64,000 nt of DNA, from contig JBJEHM010000096.1 of the NCBI GenBank assembly GCA_051876075.1, forward strand, positions 45,139 to 109,138, written 5' to 3'. The translations under genes were made by a program, and so were the position numbers. This document shows positions 20,496 to 29,625 of the stretch, in pieces (the first letter of the stretch is position 1; every line of letters begins with the position of its first letter). A model generated the notes under the pieces. The model was given only the letters and a program-made list of their open reading frames with translations, did not search any database and had not been told where the DNA came from. Origin of the DNA: Coriobacteriales bacterium (lineage in GTDB: Bacteria > Actinomycetota > Coriobacteriia > Coriobacteriales > QAMH01).

Positions 20496-21455
20496 TTGTT
20501 AGACAACGCTACAAACGCATGCTGCGAAGAACCGGCTGCAAGCGCCCCTGCCGGCGAGCAGCAGCTTGAGACCTCTTGCGCCGATGTCCCTCCTGCTGCA
20601 GGGGAGTCGCCCGTCGTTATCGAGTTCAAGCACGTCTCGAAGAACTACCGCCTCTATTCCAGCGACCGCAAGCGCCTCTTTGGCATGTTCTGCAAGAAGG
20701 TGCCCTTCAAGCACGTCAACGCCAGCAACGACCTGAGCTTTGTCATCCGCAAAGGCGAGCGTGTGGCGCTCTTTGGCGCCAACGGCGCAGGCAAGTCGAC
20801 CGTCCTCAAGATGATCACCGGTGTCTCCGCCCCCTCTTCCGGCGAGATCTTCATCGACGGCAGGGTGAGCGCCCTGCTCGAGCTCAAAGCCGGTTTCGAC
20901 CGCAACCTCACTGGCCGCGAGAACATTCGCTTGCGCGGCCAGATCATGGGCCTCAGCAAGGAGGAGATTCGCAAGCTCGAGCCCAAGGTGGTCAAGTTCG
21001 CCGCCCTGGGCGACTACATCGACCAACCCATGCGCACCTACTCGAGTGGCATGAAGTCGCGCCTTGGCTTTGCCTTTGCCAGCAGCGTCGACCCAGACAT
21101 CCTCATCGTAGACGAGGCGCTCTCTGTGGGTGACCGCCGCTTCCGCGCAAAGTGCCGCCGCCGCGTCACCCGCATGGCGGCAGACTCGGGCACCACGCTG
21201 CTCTTTGTCACGCACTCCACTTCCTCCGCGCGCAAGTTCTGCGAGCGCGCGATTGTGCTCGAGAAGGGCTCCATAGTCTTTGACGGCCCCATCGACGACG
21301 CCATTGCCTTCTACGAAGGAGACGAGGAGGCCAAGGAGGCGGTGGATGCCGCAGAGGAGGCTGCCGCCGCTGTTGCGGCCGCGCAGCAGGTCCAGTCCCC
21401 CGCACCCGAGCCACTGTCCCCTTCAGAGCTCAATGCGCCTCAGGAGGTGAGCTAG
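20496..21455 (+). CDS. ABC transporter ATP-binding protein, glycopolymer-export type (TagH/KpsT-like)
   Basis: IEFKHVSKNYRLY...LFGM..., Walker A GANGAGKST, ...GFDRNLTGRENI..., signature YSSGMKSRLGFA and Walker B ILIVDE are all present. TTG 20496 follows GAGGAG. ATG 20454 is an alternative start. Confidence 0.88.
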   Translation: MLDNATNACCEEPAASAPAGEQQLETSCADVPPAAGESPVVIEFKHVSKNYRLYSSDRKRLFGMFCKKVPFKHVNASNDLSFVIRKGERVALFGANGAGKSTVLKMITGVSAPSSGEIFIDGRVSALLELKAGFDRNLTGRENIRLRGQIMGLSKEEIRKLEPKVVKFAALGDYIDQPMRTYSSGMKSRLGFAFASSVDPDILIVDEALSVGDRRFRAKCRRRVTRMAADSGTTLLFVTHSTSSARKFCERAIVLEKGSIVFDGPIDDAIAFYEGDEEAKEAVDAAEEAAAAVAAAQQVQSPAPEPLSPSELNAPQEVS

Positions 21456-21458
21456 CCC

Positions 21459-22295
21459 ATGGCATATGCAGACGAGCTCAAGCTCACCCTCGCAGAGCTT
21501 GCCCAAGGCTTCACGGCCTGGAGGACACAGGTTGTTGCACTGGCTAAAAACGAGCTGGGCAAGAGCACGAAGAAGACGGCCCTGGGCTGGTTCTGGCTGT
21601 TCTTCCAGCCCGCGGTGTACATCTTCTGCTTCTGGTTTGCCCTCTATGTGGGCATCAAGAGCGCAAAGGCCGGCCTTGACGGCGTTGACTACCTCCTGTG
21701 GCTTGCCTCGGGCGTTATCCCGTGGTGGTTCATGAGGCAGTCGCTCAATTCCGCGCCCGGCGTGTTTACCGCGCATGCCTTCCTGGTGAACAAGCTCAAG
21801 TTCCCCGTGGCGCTGATCCCGGTCTTCTCGGAGCTGGCCCCCTTCATCTTGCACTTGATGCTTATGGCCTGCCTGATTGCGGGCTACTTCCTCAACGGGG
21901 GAGCGCTCACCGTCTACTTCTTGCAGCTGCCGCTGCTCATGCTGCTCATGCTCGTGTTCTTCACGGGTTACTCCATGCTGGTGGGCGCGCTGTGCGCCTT
22001 CAGCAAGGACTTGGCCCAGCTGCTCAAGGCGCTGACCACGCCCATTTTCTGGCTGAGCGGCATCATCTTCGATGTCACCAGCATCGACAACAGCTTCGTC
22101 CAGACGGCGCTGCTCTTCGACCCGGTCTCGTTTTTCACGGTGGGATTCCGCAAGGTGCTCTCTGGAGTTGATCCCGGGTGGATCTGGGAAGACCCGCTGT
22201 TCTTTGGAATCGGAATCGCAATCATCGCGCTCACCTGCACGCTGGGAGTGCTGGTCTTTGCAAAGCTGAGAAGGGATTTGCCGGATGTCCTCTGA
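21459..22295 (+). CDS. ABC-2 type permease (TagG/KpsM-like)
   Basis: It is a six-TM ABC-2 profile protein located 3 nt after the ATPase gene. Confidence 0.88.
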   Translation: MAYADELKLTLAELAQGFTAWRTQVVALAKNELGKSTKKTALGWFWLFFQPAVYIFCFWFALYVGIKSAKAGLDGVDYLLWLASGVIPWWFMRQSLNSAPGVFTAHAFLVNKLKFPVALIPVFSELAPFILHLMLMACLIAGYFLNGGALTVYFLQLPLLMLLMLVFFTGYSMLVGALCAFSKDLAQLLKALTTPIFWLSGIIFDVTSIDNSFVQTALLFDPVSFFTVGFRKVLSGVDPGWIWEDPLFFGIGIAIIALTCTLGVLVFAKLRRDLPDVL

Positions 22296-23877
22296 CGAGC
22301 AGCAACGCGACCGAAACGGTGCCACGGGAGAGGCGGCCCCTCTGGGTCAGCGCATCGACATGGCAGCCTTTGCCTCTATGGAGACCTCTCAGTTCGTGGC
22401 CGTGGCGATGAGCTCTGCTTCTGGCGAAGAGCGCAGCCCGCGTGACCCCTTGGAGCCCCTGCCGGTTGAAGCATACAAGACGGCCGAGCCTGCAGCTGCC
22501 GAGCATCTGGCGGCCATCGCAGAGCAGGCTGCACCCGTCGAGCCCGAGCCCTGGGACGATGCGAGCAGCAGTGCCGAGGAGGTCGCTCCGGTGACGACGT
22601 CCCCTCAGGCAGACGTCTGCTTGGCTGCAGTTGGGGGGTGCGGGGAAGACGATGCAACCCACGCAGCCGCCGAGCCTGCGGCAGAGGCTGCTGAGGGCGC
22701 TGCGCCCTATTCTCGCGAGAGCGCAAGCTACCAGCACCGTCGCGGCTGGGCCGGGTTTTCCACTGGCAAGAAGGTCGCGGTTGTGGTGACGGTTGTCCTG
22801 GCGCTCGCGCTCTGCATCGGCGGCGCAGCGCTCGCGCTGTTCTGGAACAACACCAGGCAGGCGGCCTTGGTGGACAACTCGATCCAAGATGCCCTAACCC
22901 CTGTCGATGAGGTCGACCCCTACTGGGTCCTGGTTTTGGGCAGCGACTCCAGGGCAGAGAGCACGGACAGGGCGCGCAGCGACGTCTTGATGATGGCTCG
23001 CGTCGATCCCAACACCCCCGCCATCACGCTCGTGAGCATCCCGCGCGACACCAAGGTCCATATCGAGGGCTACGGAACCCAGAAGATCAACGCGGCCTAC
23101 GCCTTGGGTGGGGCAGAGCTTGCCATCAGCACCGTTGAGGACTACGCAGGCATCAAGATCTCCCACTATGCAGAGATCTACTTCAGCGGGCTCACGGCGC
23201 TGGTCGACCAGCTGGGTGGGGTGACGGTGAACGTTCCCGAGTACTGCAGCTACAAGGGGGTGACGCTCTACCCTGGTGAGCAGGAGCTCGACGGCAAGCA
23301 GGCCCTGACCTTCGCGCGCTGCCGCAAGACCTACTCCATGGGTGACTTCACCCGCACCCAGTGCCAGCGCATCCTGTTGCAGGCGCTGGTCGAGAAGGTG
23401 CTCTCCCAGCCGGTGAGCGCCCTTCCCGGCGTTATAGAGAGCGCTGCCAAGTGCTTCAGCACGGACATCCCCCTCGAAGACCTCGTTTCTCTGGCGATGC
23501 AGCTGCAGAGCAAGGGCGGGGCGGCGTTCTACAGCGCCATGTGTCCCAGCACCACGGGAATGGTCGACGGCGTGAGCTACACCTTCACCTACATCAATCA
23601 GTGGAAGCTCCTCATGCAGCGCGCCAGCGCGGGCGAGAACCCCAAGCTCGCCAAGAAGGAGCAGGAGATCTGCGGCTACACCTCTACCAGCTACGAGGAA
23701 CTCGACATGAGCGAGCCCCTCCCCGAGGAGGTCCAGGTGCAGCTGCAGGAGTACTGGGACAAGAAGGCCGCAAAAGAGGCGGCAAAGCAGCAAGGGGAGC
23801 TCGAGGCACAGGTCTCTGCCCAGGGCGACGATGCTGGGCCTGGCACCGACCAATCGTTGGAATCGGCTCAAAGCTGA
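22285..23877 (+). CDS. LytR-CpsA-Psr (LCP) family glycopolymer ligase with a long acidic N-terminal tail
   Basis: A single TM segment (VAVVVTVVLALALCIGGAALALFW) is followed by the LCP core YWVLVLGSDSR...RSDVLMMARVDP...ITLVSIPRDT...KINAAYALGG. The gene overlaps the permease stop codon by 11 nt. Confidence 0.9.
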   Translation: MSSDEQQRDRNGATGEAAPLGQRIDMAAFASMETSQFVAVAMSSASGEERSPRDPLEPLPVEAYKTAEPAAAEHLAAIAEQAAPVEPEPWDDASSSAEEVAPVTTSPQADVCLAAVGGCGEDDATHAAAEPAAEAAEGAAPYSRESASYQHRRGWAGFSTGKKVAVVVTVVLALALCIGGAALALFWNNTRQAALVDNSIQDALTPVDEVDPYWVLVLGSDSRAESTDRARSDVLMMARVDPNTPAITLVSIPRDTKVHIEGYGTQKINAAYALGGAELAISTVEDYAGIKISHYAEIYFSGLTALVDQLGGVTVNVPEYCSYKGVTLYPGEQELDGKQALTFARCRKTYSMGDFTRTQCQRILLQALVEKVLSQPVSALPGVIESAAKCFSTDIPLEDLVSLAMQLQSKGGAAFYSAMCPSTTGMVDGVSYTFTYINQWKLLMQRASAGENPKLAKKEQEICGYTSTSYEELDMSEPLPEEVQVQLQEYWDKKAAKEAAKQQGELEAQVSAQGDDAGPGTDQSLESAQS

Positions 23878-23887
23878 GAAAAATCTC

Positions 23888-23915
23888 TTGACCGCAGTTT
23901 GAGGCATGGTACTAT
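23888..23915 (+). promoter_or_regulatory. Sigma-70-type promoter for tRNA-Phe
   Basis: TTGACC (23888-23893), 16-nt spacer, TACTAT (23910-23915), about 25 nt upstream of the tRNA 5' end. Confidence 0.55.
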
Positions 23916-23940
23916 AGCCTCCGCTGCTTCACGCAGACCC

Positions 23941-24016
23941 GGTCGAGTAGCTCAGTCGGTAGAGCAGGGGATTGAAAATCCCTGTGTCGGGGGTTCAAGT
24001 CCCTCTTCGACCACCA
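23941..24016 (+). tRNA. tRNA-Phe (anticodon GAA)
   Basis: GGTCGAG TA GCTC AGTCGGTA GAGC A GGGGA TTGAAAA TCCCT GTGTC GGGGG TTCAAGT CCCTC TTCGACC A CCA. Confidence 0.95.
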
Positions 24017-24024
24017 TCGCATGC

Positions 24025-24050
24025 AAAGCCCCTCTGCGGAGGGGCTTTTT
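24025..24050 (+). terminator. Rho-independent terminator after tRNA-Phe
   Basis: AAAGCCCCTC / GAGGGGCTTT stem with a TGCG loop and a T-run. Confidence 0.8.
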
Positions 24051-24169
24051 CACATTCGTGTTCTGCAGATGCGGGCATCGTGCTCATCCTGTGGAGCCGG
24101 GGCGTTCTGACAAGCGGAGCGCTACACTACTCGCATCCAAAACGAACCCTGCCCTCAGAGGAGGACCCC

Positions 24170-24877
24170 ATGGATATGAGCACAGAAACCCGTCGCATCC
24201 TGCTGGTTGAAGACGAGACCGCGATCAGGGACGCAGTGGCGGCGTATCTCGAGCGCGAGAACTACTGGGTCACCGGCGTGGGAGACGGCACCACCGCCGT
24301 CGAGGAGTTCGAGAAGCACCACTTCGACCTCGTCATCCTCGACCTCATGCTTCCCGGCATCCCGGGCGAGCAGGTCTGCCGCATCATCCGCGACTCAAGC
24401 GATATCCCCATCATCATGCTCACCGCAAAGGGGGAAGTCGAGGATCGCATCATCGGCTTGGAGCTGGGTGCAGACGACTACCTCGTCAAGCCCTTCTCCC
24501 CGCGCGAGCTCGTCGCCCGCGTCAGGGCGCTCCTGCGCCGCGTGCACATAGACAGCGAGCCGCAGCGCGAGGTCCTGAGCTTTGGCGACCTCGAGATCGA
24601 CCTCGCCGGGCACAAGTGCCTGGTGAAGGGCGAGGAGGTCGACCTCACCGCCAGCGAGTTCAAGCTGCTCACCACTCTCAGCCGCTATCCGGGCCGCGTC
24701 TACACCCGCATGGAGCTGGTTGAGAAGGTCCTGGGATACGACTTCGAAGGCTACGAGCGCACTATCGACAGCCACGTCAAGAACCTCAGGGCCAAGATCG
24801 GCGATGACCCCCGCAACCCAACCTGGCTCTACACGGTGCACGGGGTGGGGTATCGCTTCGAGGCACCCAAGGAGTAG
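24170..24877 (+). CDS. OmpR-family response regulator
   Basis: The receiver domain reads RRILLVEDETAIRD...LVILDLMLPGIPG...LTAKG and the winged-helix domain reads LTASEFKLLTTL...VHGVGYRFE. ATG 24170 follows AGAGGAGGA. The ORF-track start at 23972 overlaps tRNA-Phe. Confidence 0.92.
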   Translation: MDMSTETRRILLVEDETAIRDAVAAYLERENYWVTGVGDGTTAVEEFEKHHFDLVILDLMLPGIPGEQVCRIIRDSSDIPIIMLTAKGEVEDRIIGLELGADDYLVKPFSPRELVARVRALLRRVHIDSEPQREVLSFGDLEIDLAGHKCLVKGEEVDLTASEFKLLTTLSRYPGRVYTRMELVEKVLGYDFEGYERTIDSHVKNLRAKIGDDPRNPTWLYTVHGVGYRFEAPKE

Positions 24878-24886
24878 GGGGCGCGC

Positions 24887-26185
24887 ATGGGAGAAGAGCC
24901 GGGCAAGGGCACCCAGTCGACCATCACCCAGGAGAACAAGACCAAGTCCTTTGCCTTCCAGGTAACGGTCGCGTTCATCCTCACGGCTGCCATGACCGCC
25001 GTCCTCATGGCGGGCGTGGCCTTCTTGGTGTGGAACGCCGGCAGGGGGCGCTTCTTCGGGGAGCAGGACCTTTACACGGCCATGCTCATCGCGGCCTTCA
25101 TCAGCGTGCTCGTTGCCGTCATCGTGGGCGTTTACTTTGCCAACGGCATCGTGGCCCCTGTGCAGCGCATCTCCAACACGGTCCAAGCCATCAAGGACGG
25201 CGACTACTCTGCCCGCACCCGACTCAACAGCGATGACGAGATCGGCCGCCTGGGCCAAGCCTTCGACGAGATGGCAGATGCGATGGAAAGGGACCGCGAG
25301 CTCGAGCGCCAGCTCATCGGCGACGTTGCACACGAGCTGCGCACGCCCCTCATGGCGGTGCAGGCGACGGTCGAGGCCATTCAAGACGGGGTCTTCCCCG
25401 CAGACGAGATACGCCTTTCCACCATCAACGCAGAGACGCGGCGCCTGGGCCGCTTGGTAGATGCCCTGCTACATCTCAACCGCCTCGAGAACGGCACTAT
25501 CGTGGCGAAGATCGCCCCTATGAACCTGAGCGACGTCTTGGCCGACCTCGCCTTGAACCACCAGGCCCTCATCGAGAGCGCCGAGCTTTCCTTCGACGCC
25601 AAGATCGACCCAGAGATCCGCATCGGCGGAGACCGCGACCTCATCAGCCAGGCTACGGCAAACCTGCTGTCCAATGCGGTGCGCTACACCCCGGAAGGGG
25701 GCAGCGTCACCCTCATCGTCACCCGCAACCACGGCAACGCCTGCATTTCTGTACGGGACACGGGCATCGGCATCTCCGAGGAAGACCAGCGCAAGGTCTT
25801 CAACCGCTTCTGGCGCGCAGACGCCGCACGAGAGAGAACGAGCGGCGGCTTGGGCATCGGCCTCGCGATGGTCAAGGAGGTTGCAGACCAGCACCATGGA
25901 AAGGTGACGTTGGAGAGCGAGCTAGGTGTGGGCAGCACCTTCACCATCCAAATCCCCCTGGCATCCGATGACCCGGTGGTCCTGGCCAGCATGGATAAGA
26001 ACGACCTGCGCCGCCTGGAGCGTGCAGCGCGCAAGGAGGCCGAGCGCCAGCGCAAGGAGGCCGAGCGCCAGCGCCGCGCCGCGAGCAAGGGCTCCGGCAA
26101 GATGCCGACCGGCCAGCTCAAGATCACATGGCCCGTCATCCAGACTCCCAAGAAGAAGGGCAGGGACAAGCAGGGCCAGGGGTAG
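24887..26185 (+). CDS. Sensor histidine kinase (HAMP-HisKA-HATPase) with a basic repeat-containing C-terminal tail
   Basis: It has two TM segments, a HAMP domain (PVQRISNTVQAIKDGDY...LGQAFDEMADAM), the H-box DVAHELRTPL, the N-box NAVRYT and the G-boxes DTGIGI and GGLGIGLAMVK. Confidence 0.92.
   Translation: MGEEPGKGTQSTITQENKTKSFAFQVTVAFILTAAMTAVLMAGVAFLVWNAGRGRFFGEQDLYTAMLIAAFISVLVAVIVGVYFANGIVAPVQRISNTVQAIKDGDYSARTRLNSDDEIGRLGQAFDEMADAMERDRELERQLIGDVAHELRTPLMAVQATVEAIQDGVFPADEIRLSTINAETRRLGRLVDALLHLNRLENGTIVAKIAPMNLSDVLADLALNHQALIESAELSFDAKIDPEIRIGGDRDLISQATANLLSNAVRYTPEGGSVTLIVTRNHGNACISVRDTGIGISEEDQRKVFNRFWRADAARERTSGGLGIGLAMVKEVADQHHGKVTLESELGVGSTFTIQIPLASDDPVVLASMDKNDLRRLERAARKEAERQRKEAERQRRAASKGSGKMPTGQLKITWPVIQTPKKKGRDKQGQG
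26031..26072 (+). repeat. Perfect 21-bp tandem duplication inside the kinase tail
   Basis: CGCAAGGAGGCCGAGCGCCAG occurs twice in tandem, encoding RKEAERQ-RKEAERQ. Confidence 0.9.
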
Positions 26186-26320
26186 GCAGGGCCCGCTGTC
26201 TGCGCGTCTTCGTCCTTCGGGCTTGCACCATGTTGCCATTCGGAAAACATGCTGCGAGCAGGGGCTGCAAGGCAATACAATTGCGATATCTGTACGCGTC
26301 AACACCAAGGAGCGTTCCCC

Positions 26321-27205
26321 ATGGCAGAAATGGCACTGCGTCCGGACTCTCAGGGCAAGGTCCGCGACCTCTACGATCTTGGAGACCAGCTGCTCATCGT
26401 GGCTTCTGACCGCATCTCCGCCTTCGATTACATCCTCGAGGACGAGATTCCCTACAAGGGCGAGGTCCTCACCCGCATCTCTTTGTTCTGGTTCGACCTG
26501 CTTGAGAAGGCGGGCATCGAAAACCACCTTGTCTCTGCTGACGTCAAGGACCTCCCCGAGCAGTTCCAGCCCTATGCAGAGTACCTGGCGGGCCGCTTCA
26601 TGCTGGTCAAGAAGGCCCAGATGTTTCCGGCTGAGTGCATTGTGCGCGGCTACTTGGCAGGCTCCGGCCTCAAGGAGTACAACGCCCAGGGGACTGTCTG
26701 CGGCATCGAGCTGCCCAAGGGCCTCGTGAACTCCTCCAAGCTCCCCGAGCCCATCTACACCCCCTCCACCAAGGCAGAGATCGGCGATCACGACGAGAAC
26801 GTCTCGTTCGAGCGCACCTGTGAGATCATGGGCGTGGAGGATGCGACCGCCCTGCGCGATGCCTCCATCAAGGTCTACACCACCGCAGCGGACTACGCTG
26901 CCACCAAGGGCATCATCATCGCAGACACCAAGTTCGAGTGGGGCAGCGTCAACGGCAAGCTCATCCTGGCCGACGAGGTCCTGACCCCGGACTCATCACG
27001 TTTCTGGCCTGCAGACGAGTACGAGCCCGGCCGCAGCCAGGCAAGTTTCGACAAGCAGTTCGTTCGCGATTGGCTCGATGCCAACTGGGACCGCACCGGC
27101 AACCCGCCGCGCCTTCCCCAGGAAATCATTGACGCCACCAGCGCCAAGTACATCCAGGCGTACGAGCTCATCACGGGGGAGAAGTTCGTTCCCGCGGGCA
27201 AGTAG
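26321..27205 (+). CDS. purC: SAICAR synthetase
   Basis: ...GKVRDLYDLGDQLLIVASDRISAFD...GEVLT...YLAGSG...ADTKFEWG... are classic long-form PurC motifs. ATG 26321 follows AAGGAG. Confidence 0.94.
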   Translation: MAEMALRPDSQGKVRDLYDLGDQLLIVASDRISAFDYILEDEIPYKGEVLTRISLFWFDLLEKAGIENHLVSADVKDLPEQFQPYAEYLAGRFMLVKKAQMFPAECIVRGYLAGSGLKEYNAQGTVCGIELPKGLVNSSKLPEPIYTPSTKAEIGDHDENVSFERTCEIMGVEDATALRDASIKVYTTAADYAATKGIIIADTKFEWGSVNGKLILADEVLTPDSSRFWPADEYEPGRSQASFDKQFVRDWLDANWDRTGNPPRLPQEIIDATSAKYIQAYELITGEKFVPAGK

Positions 27206-27315
27206 GCCTGCCACAGAGCCGTCCCGGCGTGCCCGGGGCGGCTGCTCGAGGTCGCGTCTTGACGAGCTGCCCTTGCTCACCAGACGCGGCCCCTTTGTCT
27301 GAGGAGAAGTGATAT

Positions 27316-27927
27316 ATGACCACACGCAGCCAAAACAACGCCCGCTACAAGGATGGCGGAAAGAGGAACGTCACCAGGGCATCTGCCAGCAGCGCCAAGC
27401 CCAAGTCCGCGGCAGCATCCTCTGTCTACGTGAAGACCAAGGACGCAAAGGCCAAGCGCAAGGAAGAGGAGGCCCGCGCCCAGGAAAAGGCCAACAAGGA
27501 GAAAGCCCGCGCTGCCGGCAAGGCCAGCGGCAAGGACGCGGAGGTTATCTCCAAGGGCGTCAAGGCCATGGCAGACTACCAGCACTTCCGCCGCAACTGG
27601 ATTGTCTTGATTGTCATCGCCATCGTCGGCGTGGTTGTGAGCTTTGCCGCTCCAAGGGTGATGTGCGAGGGCGGCGCGCTCGAGAGCCTGGCCAGCTACC
27701 GCTATGTCACCCAGGTTGTGGGCTTGGTGGCAGGCTATGCAGGCCTCATCGCGGCCTTCGTCTTGGACTGGCGCAAGATGCGTCCCATCCGCAAGGCCCA
27801 AAAGCTCATGACCGGCACCGCCAAGGAGAGCAAGAAGGAACGCGCCCACCGCGAGAGGGCAGAGGCCAACAAAGCTGCCAAGAAGGCCGAGCGCAAGCTC
27901 CCCTTCTTCGGTGGCAAGGACAAGTAG
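27316..27927 (+). CDS. Hypothetical membrane protein with a Lys/Ala-rich N-terminal region
   Basis: ATG 27316 follows GAGGAGAAG. There are two predicted TM segments (WIVLIVIAIVGVVVSF and VVGLVAGYAGLIAAFVL) and both termini are basic. I do not recognise the family. Confidence 0.6.
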   Translation: MTTRSQNNARYKDGGKRNVTRASASSAKPKSAAASSVYVKTKDAKAKRKEEEARAQEKANKEKARAAGKASGKDAEVISKGVKAMADYQHFRRNWIVLIVIAIVGVVVSFAAPRVMCEGGALESLASYRYVTQVVGLVAGYAGLIAAFVLDWRKMRPIRKAQKLMTGTAKESKKERAHRERAEANKAAKKAERKLPFFGGKDK

Positions 27928-27936
27928 GAGGCTGCC

Positions 27937-29376
27937 ATGCTGCTTACCGCCAAATACGTGATGCCCATCACCGGTCCCTTCATCGAAAACGGCGCCGTTG
28001 TGGTGCAGGGCGACAGGATCGCCGCTGTTGGAACCGCCGCCAAGCTCAAGGCGGATTACCCCGATGAAGAAGTCAGGGACTTTGGCATGGCGGCGCTGTG
28101 TCCGGGCTTTGTGGACCTGCACACCCACATGCGCTACACCGCCCTGAGGGGCCTCTTCGAAGACATGCCCTATGCAGACTGGAAGAGGGCCGTGTTGCGC
28201 TGCGAGCCCTTCCTCTCCCATGAGGACTGGGAGAACTCGGCGCGCCTGGGTGCCCTCGAGGCCATCGCATCGGGCATCACCACCTTGGCAGACATCACCA
28301 TCCCCGGCTCTCCGGTGAAGGCTATCCACGAGTCCGGCTTGCGCGGCGTGGTCTACAGGGAAGTGATCACCATGCGCCCGGAGAACGTGGACGATGCCAT
28401 GGCAGACGCCCTGGCAGACATCGAGCGCTGGAAGAGTCTCACGTCAGAGACAGACCGCATCACCTACGGTCTGGCGGGCGGCCCTGTCTACTCCACTCAC
28501 CCCAAGGTCTACAAAGCCATCGCAGAGTACGTGGGCAGCTCCCAGATGCCCGTTGCAATGCACCTGGCGGGCAGCCGCGAAGAAGCCGAGTTCATTCGCT
28601 ACGGCAGCTCGTCGTTCTCGATCCATGCCAGCCAGGGATCGAATTTCGACATGGAGATGCCGCCGTGGCTTCCTGCGGGCGTGAGCTCTGTGCGCTACGT
28701 CTACAACTGGGACATCCTCGACGTACCCAACATGCTCGTGGTGCATGCCGTGCAGGTTGACGAGACCGACATCAAGATCCTGGCCCAGCAAAACGTCGCC
28801 GTAGCGCACTGCCCGCGCATCAACGCCAAGCTGGGCATGGGCTTTGCGCCGGTCAACTGCATGCTCGAAGCCGGGATCACCGTAGGCATTGGAACGGACA
28901 GCCCCGCTGCCGTCGACACCACGGATATGCTCGACGAGATGCGCGTGGGCCTGATGATCAACCGCGCTGTCAACGCTGGCAAGCACCGCGGCATGACGGG
29001 CGACAAGATGCTGCGCATGGGCACCATCGACGCCGCCAAGGCGCTGCGCATGGAGCACCTCATCGGCAGCTTGGAGCCCGGCAAGAAGGCGGACATCATC
29101 GCCGTCGACCTGCACAACAGCCACCAGAACCCCACCAGCGACCCGGCCTCTGCTGTCATCTACACGGCCAACCAGGACAACGTCATGTGGACCATGGTCG
29201 ACGGAAAGGTCCTGTACGACAACTTCGTGCACGTCAGCGGCCTGCCGCGTGACGAGATCGTCCAGTCTGCCCGTGACATCCGCAGTCGCATCCGTCATGG
29301 CATGAACGACGAGACCCTGTACCGCCAGATCCTCAAGCGCCTTGAAGAAGACGCTTCAGACCGCCTCAAGAGATAA
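27937..29376 (+). CDS. Amidohydrolase-superfamily deaminase/chlorohydrolase-like enzyme
   Basis: The metal-ligand motif GFVDLHTHM, then ...HLAGSREE..., ...VHAV... and ...GTDS... follow the pattern of the MtaD/SsnA/guanine-deaminase group. Confidence 0.85.
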   Translation: MLLTAKYVMPITGPFIENGAVVVQGDRIAAVGTAAKLKADYPDEEVRDFGMAALCPGFVDLHTHMRYTALRGLFEDMPYADWKRAVLRCEPFLSHEDWENSARLGALEAIASGITTLADITIPGSPVKAIHESGLRGVVYREVITMRPENVDDAMADALADIERWKSLTSETDRITYGLAGGPVYSTHPKVYKAIAEYVGSSQMPVAMHLAGSREEAEFIRYGSSSFSIHASQGSNFDMEMPPWLPAGVSSVRYVYNWDILDVPNMLVVHAVQVDETDIKILAQQNVAVAHCPRINAKLGMGFAPVNCMLEAGITVGIGTDSPAAVDTTDMLDEMRVGLMINRAVNAGKHRGMTGDKMLRMGTIDAAKALRMEHLIGSLEPGKKADIIAVDLHNSHQNPTSDPASAVIYTANQDNVMWTMVDGKVLYDNFVHVSGLPRDEIVQSARDIRSRIRHGMNDETLYRQILKRLEEDASDRLKR

Positions 29377-29385
29377 GGAGCGCCC

Positions 29386-29565
29386 ATGGGTGCAAAGGTC
29401 ATCAACGAGAAGCACCGCAAAGAGAAGGAAGAGCGCGAGCTCGAGGAGTTCGTCATCGCCCAGCGAGAGAAGCGCAAGGCCATGGTCAAGGGCGCGCTGG
29501 TCGTCATCGTCTGCCTGGGGCTGGTCGTGGCCTTCTGCCTTCCCAGCATCGGCCTGCTCTTCTAG
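29386..29565 (+). CDS. Small membrane-anchored protein (59 aa)
   Basis: AAGGAG at 29375-29380 and ATG at 29386. The product is MGAKVINEKHRKEKEERELEEFVIAQREKRKAMVKGALVVIVCLGLVVAFCLPSIGLLF*, a charged N-terminus followed by one TM segment. It falls below the ORF-track length cut-off. Confidence 0.5.
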   Translation: MGAKVINEKHRKEKEERELEEFVIAQREKRKAMVKGALVVIVCLGLVVAFCLPSIGLLF

Positions 29566-29625
29566 CAAGCTGCGCTCTCATCGGCAGCTGCGGCCCGTGT
29601 CACACCCCTGGGATATCCTTGTCCC

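Noticed and set aside
23972-24169. Upstream extension of the response-regulator ORF
   Set aside because: It overlaps tRNA-Phe and its terminator. The receiver domain begins at the RBS-preceded ATG 24170.
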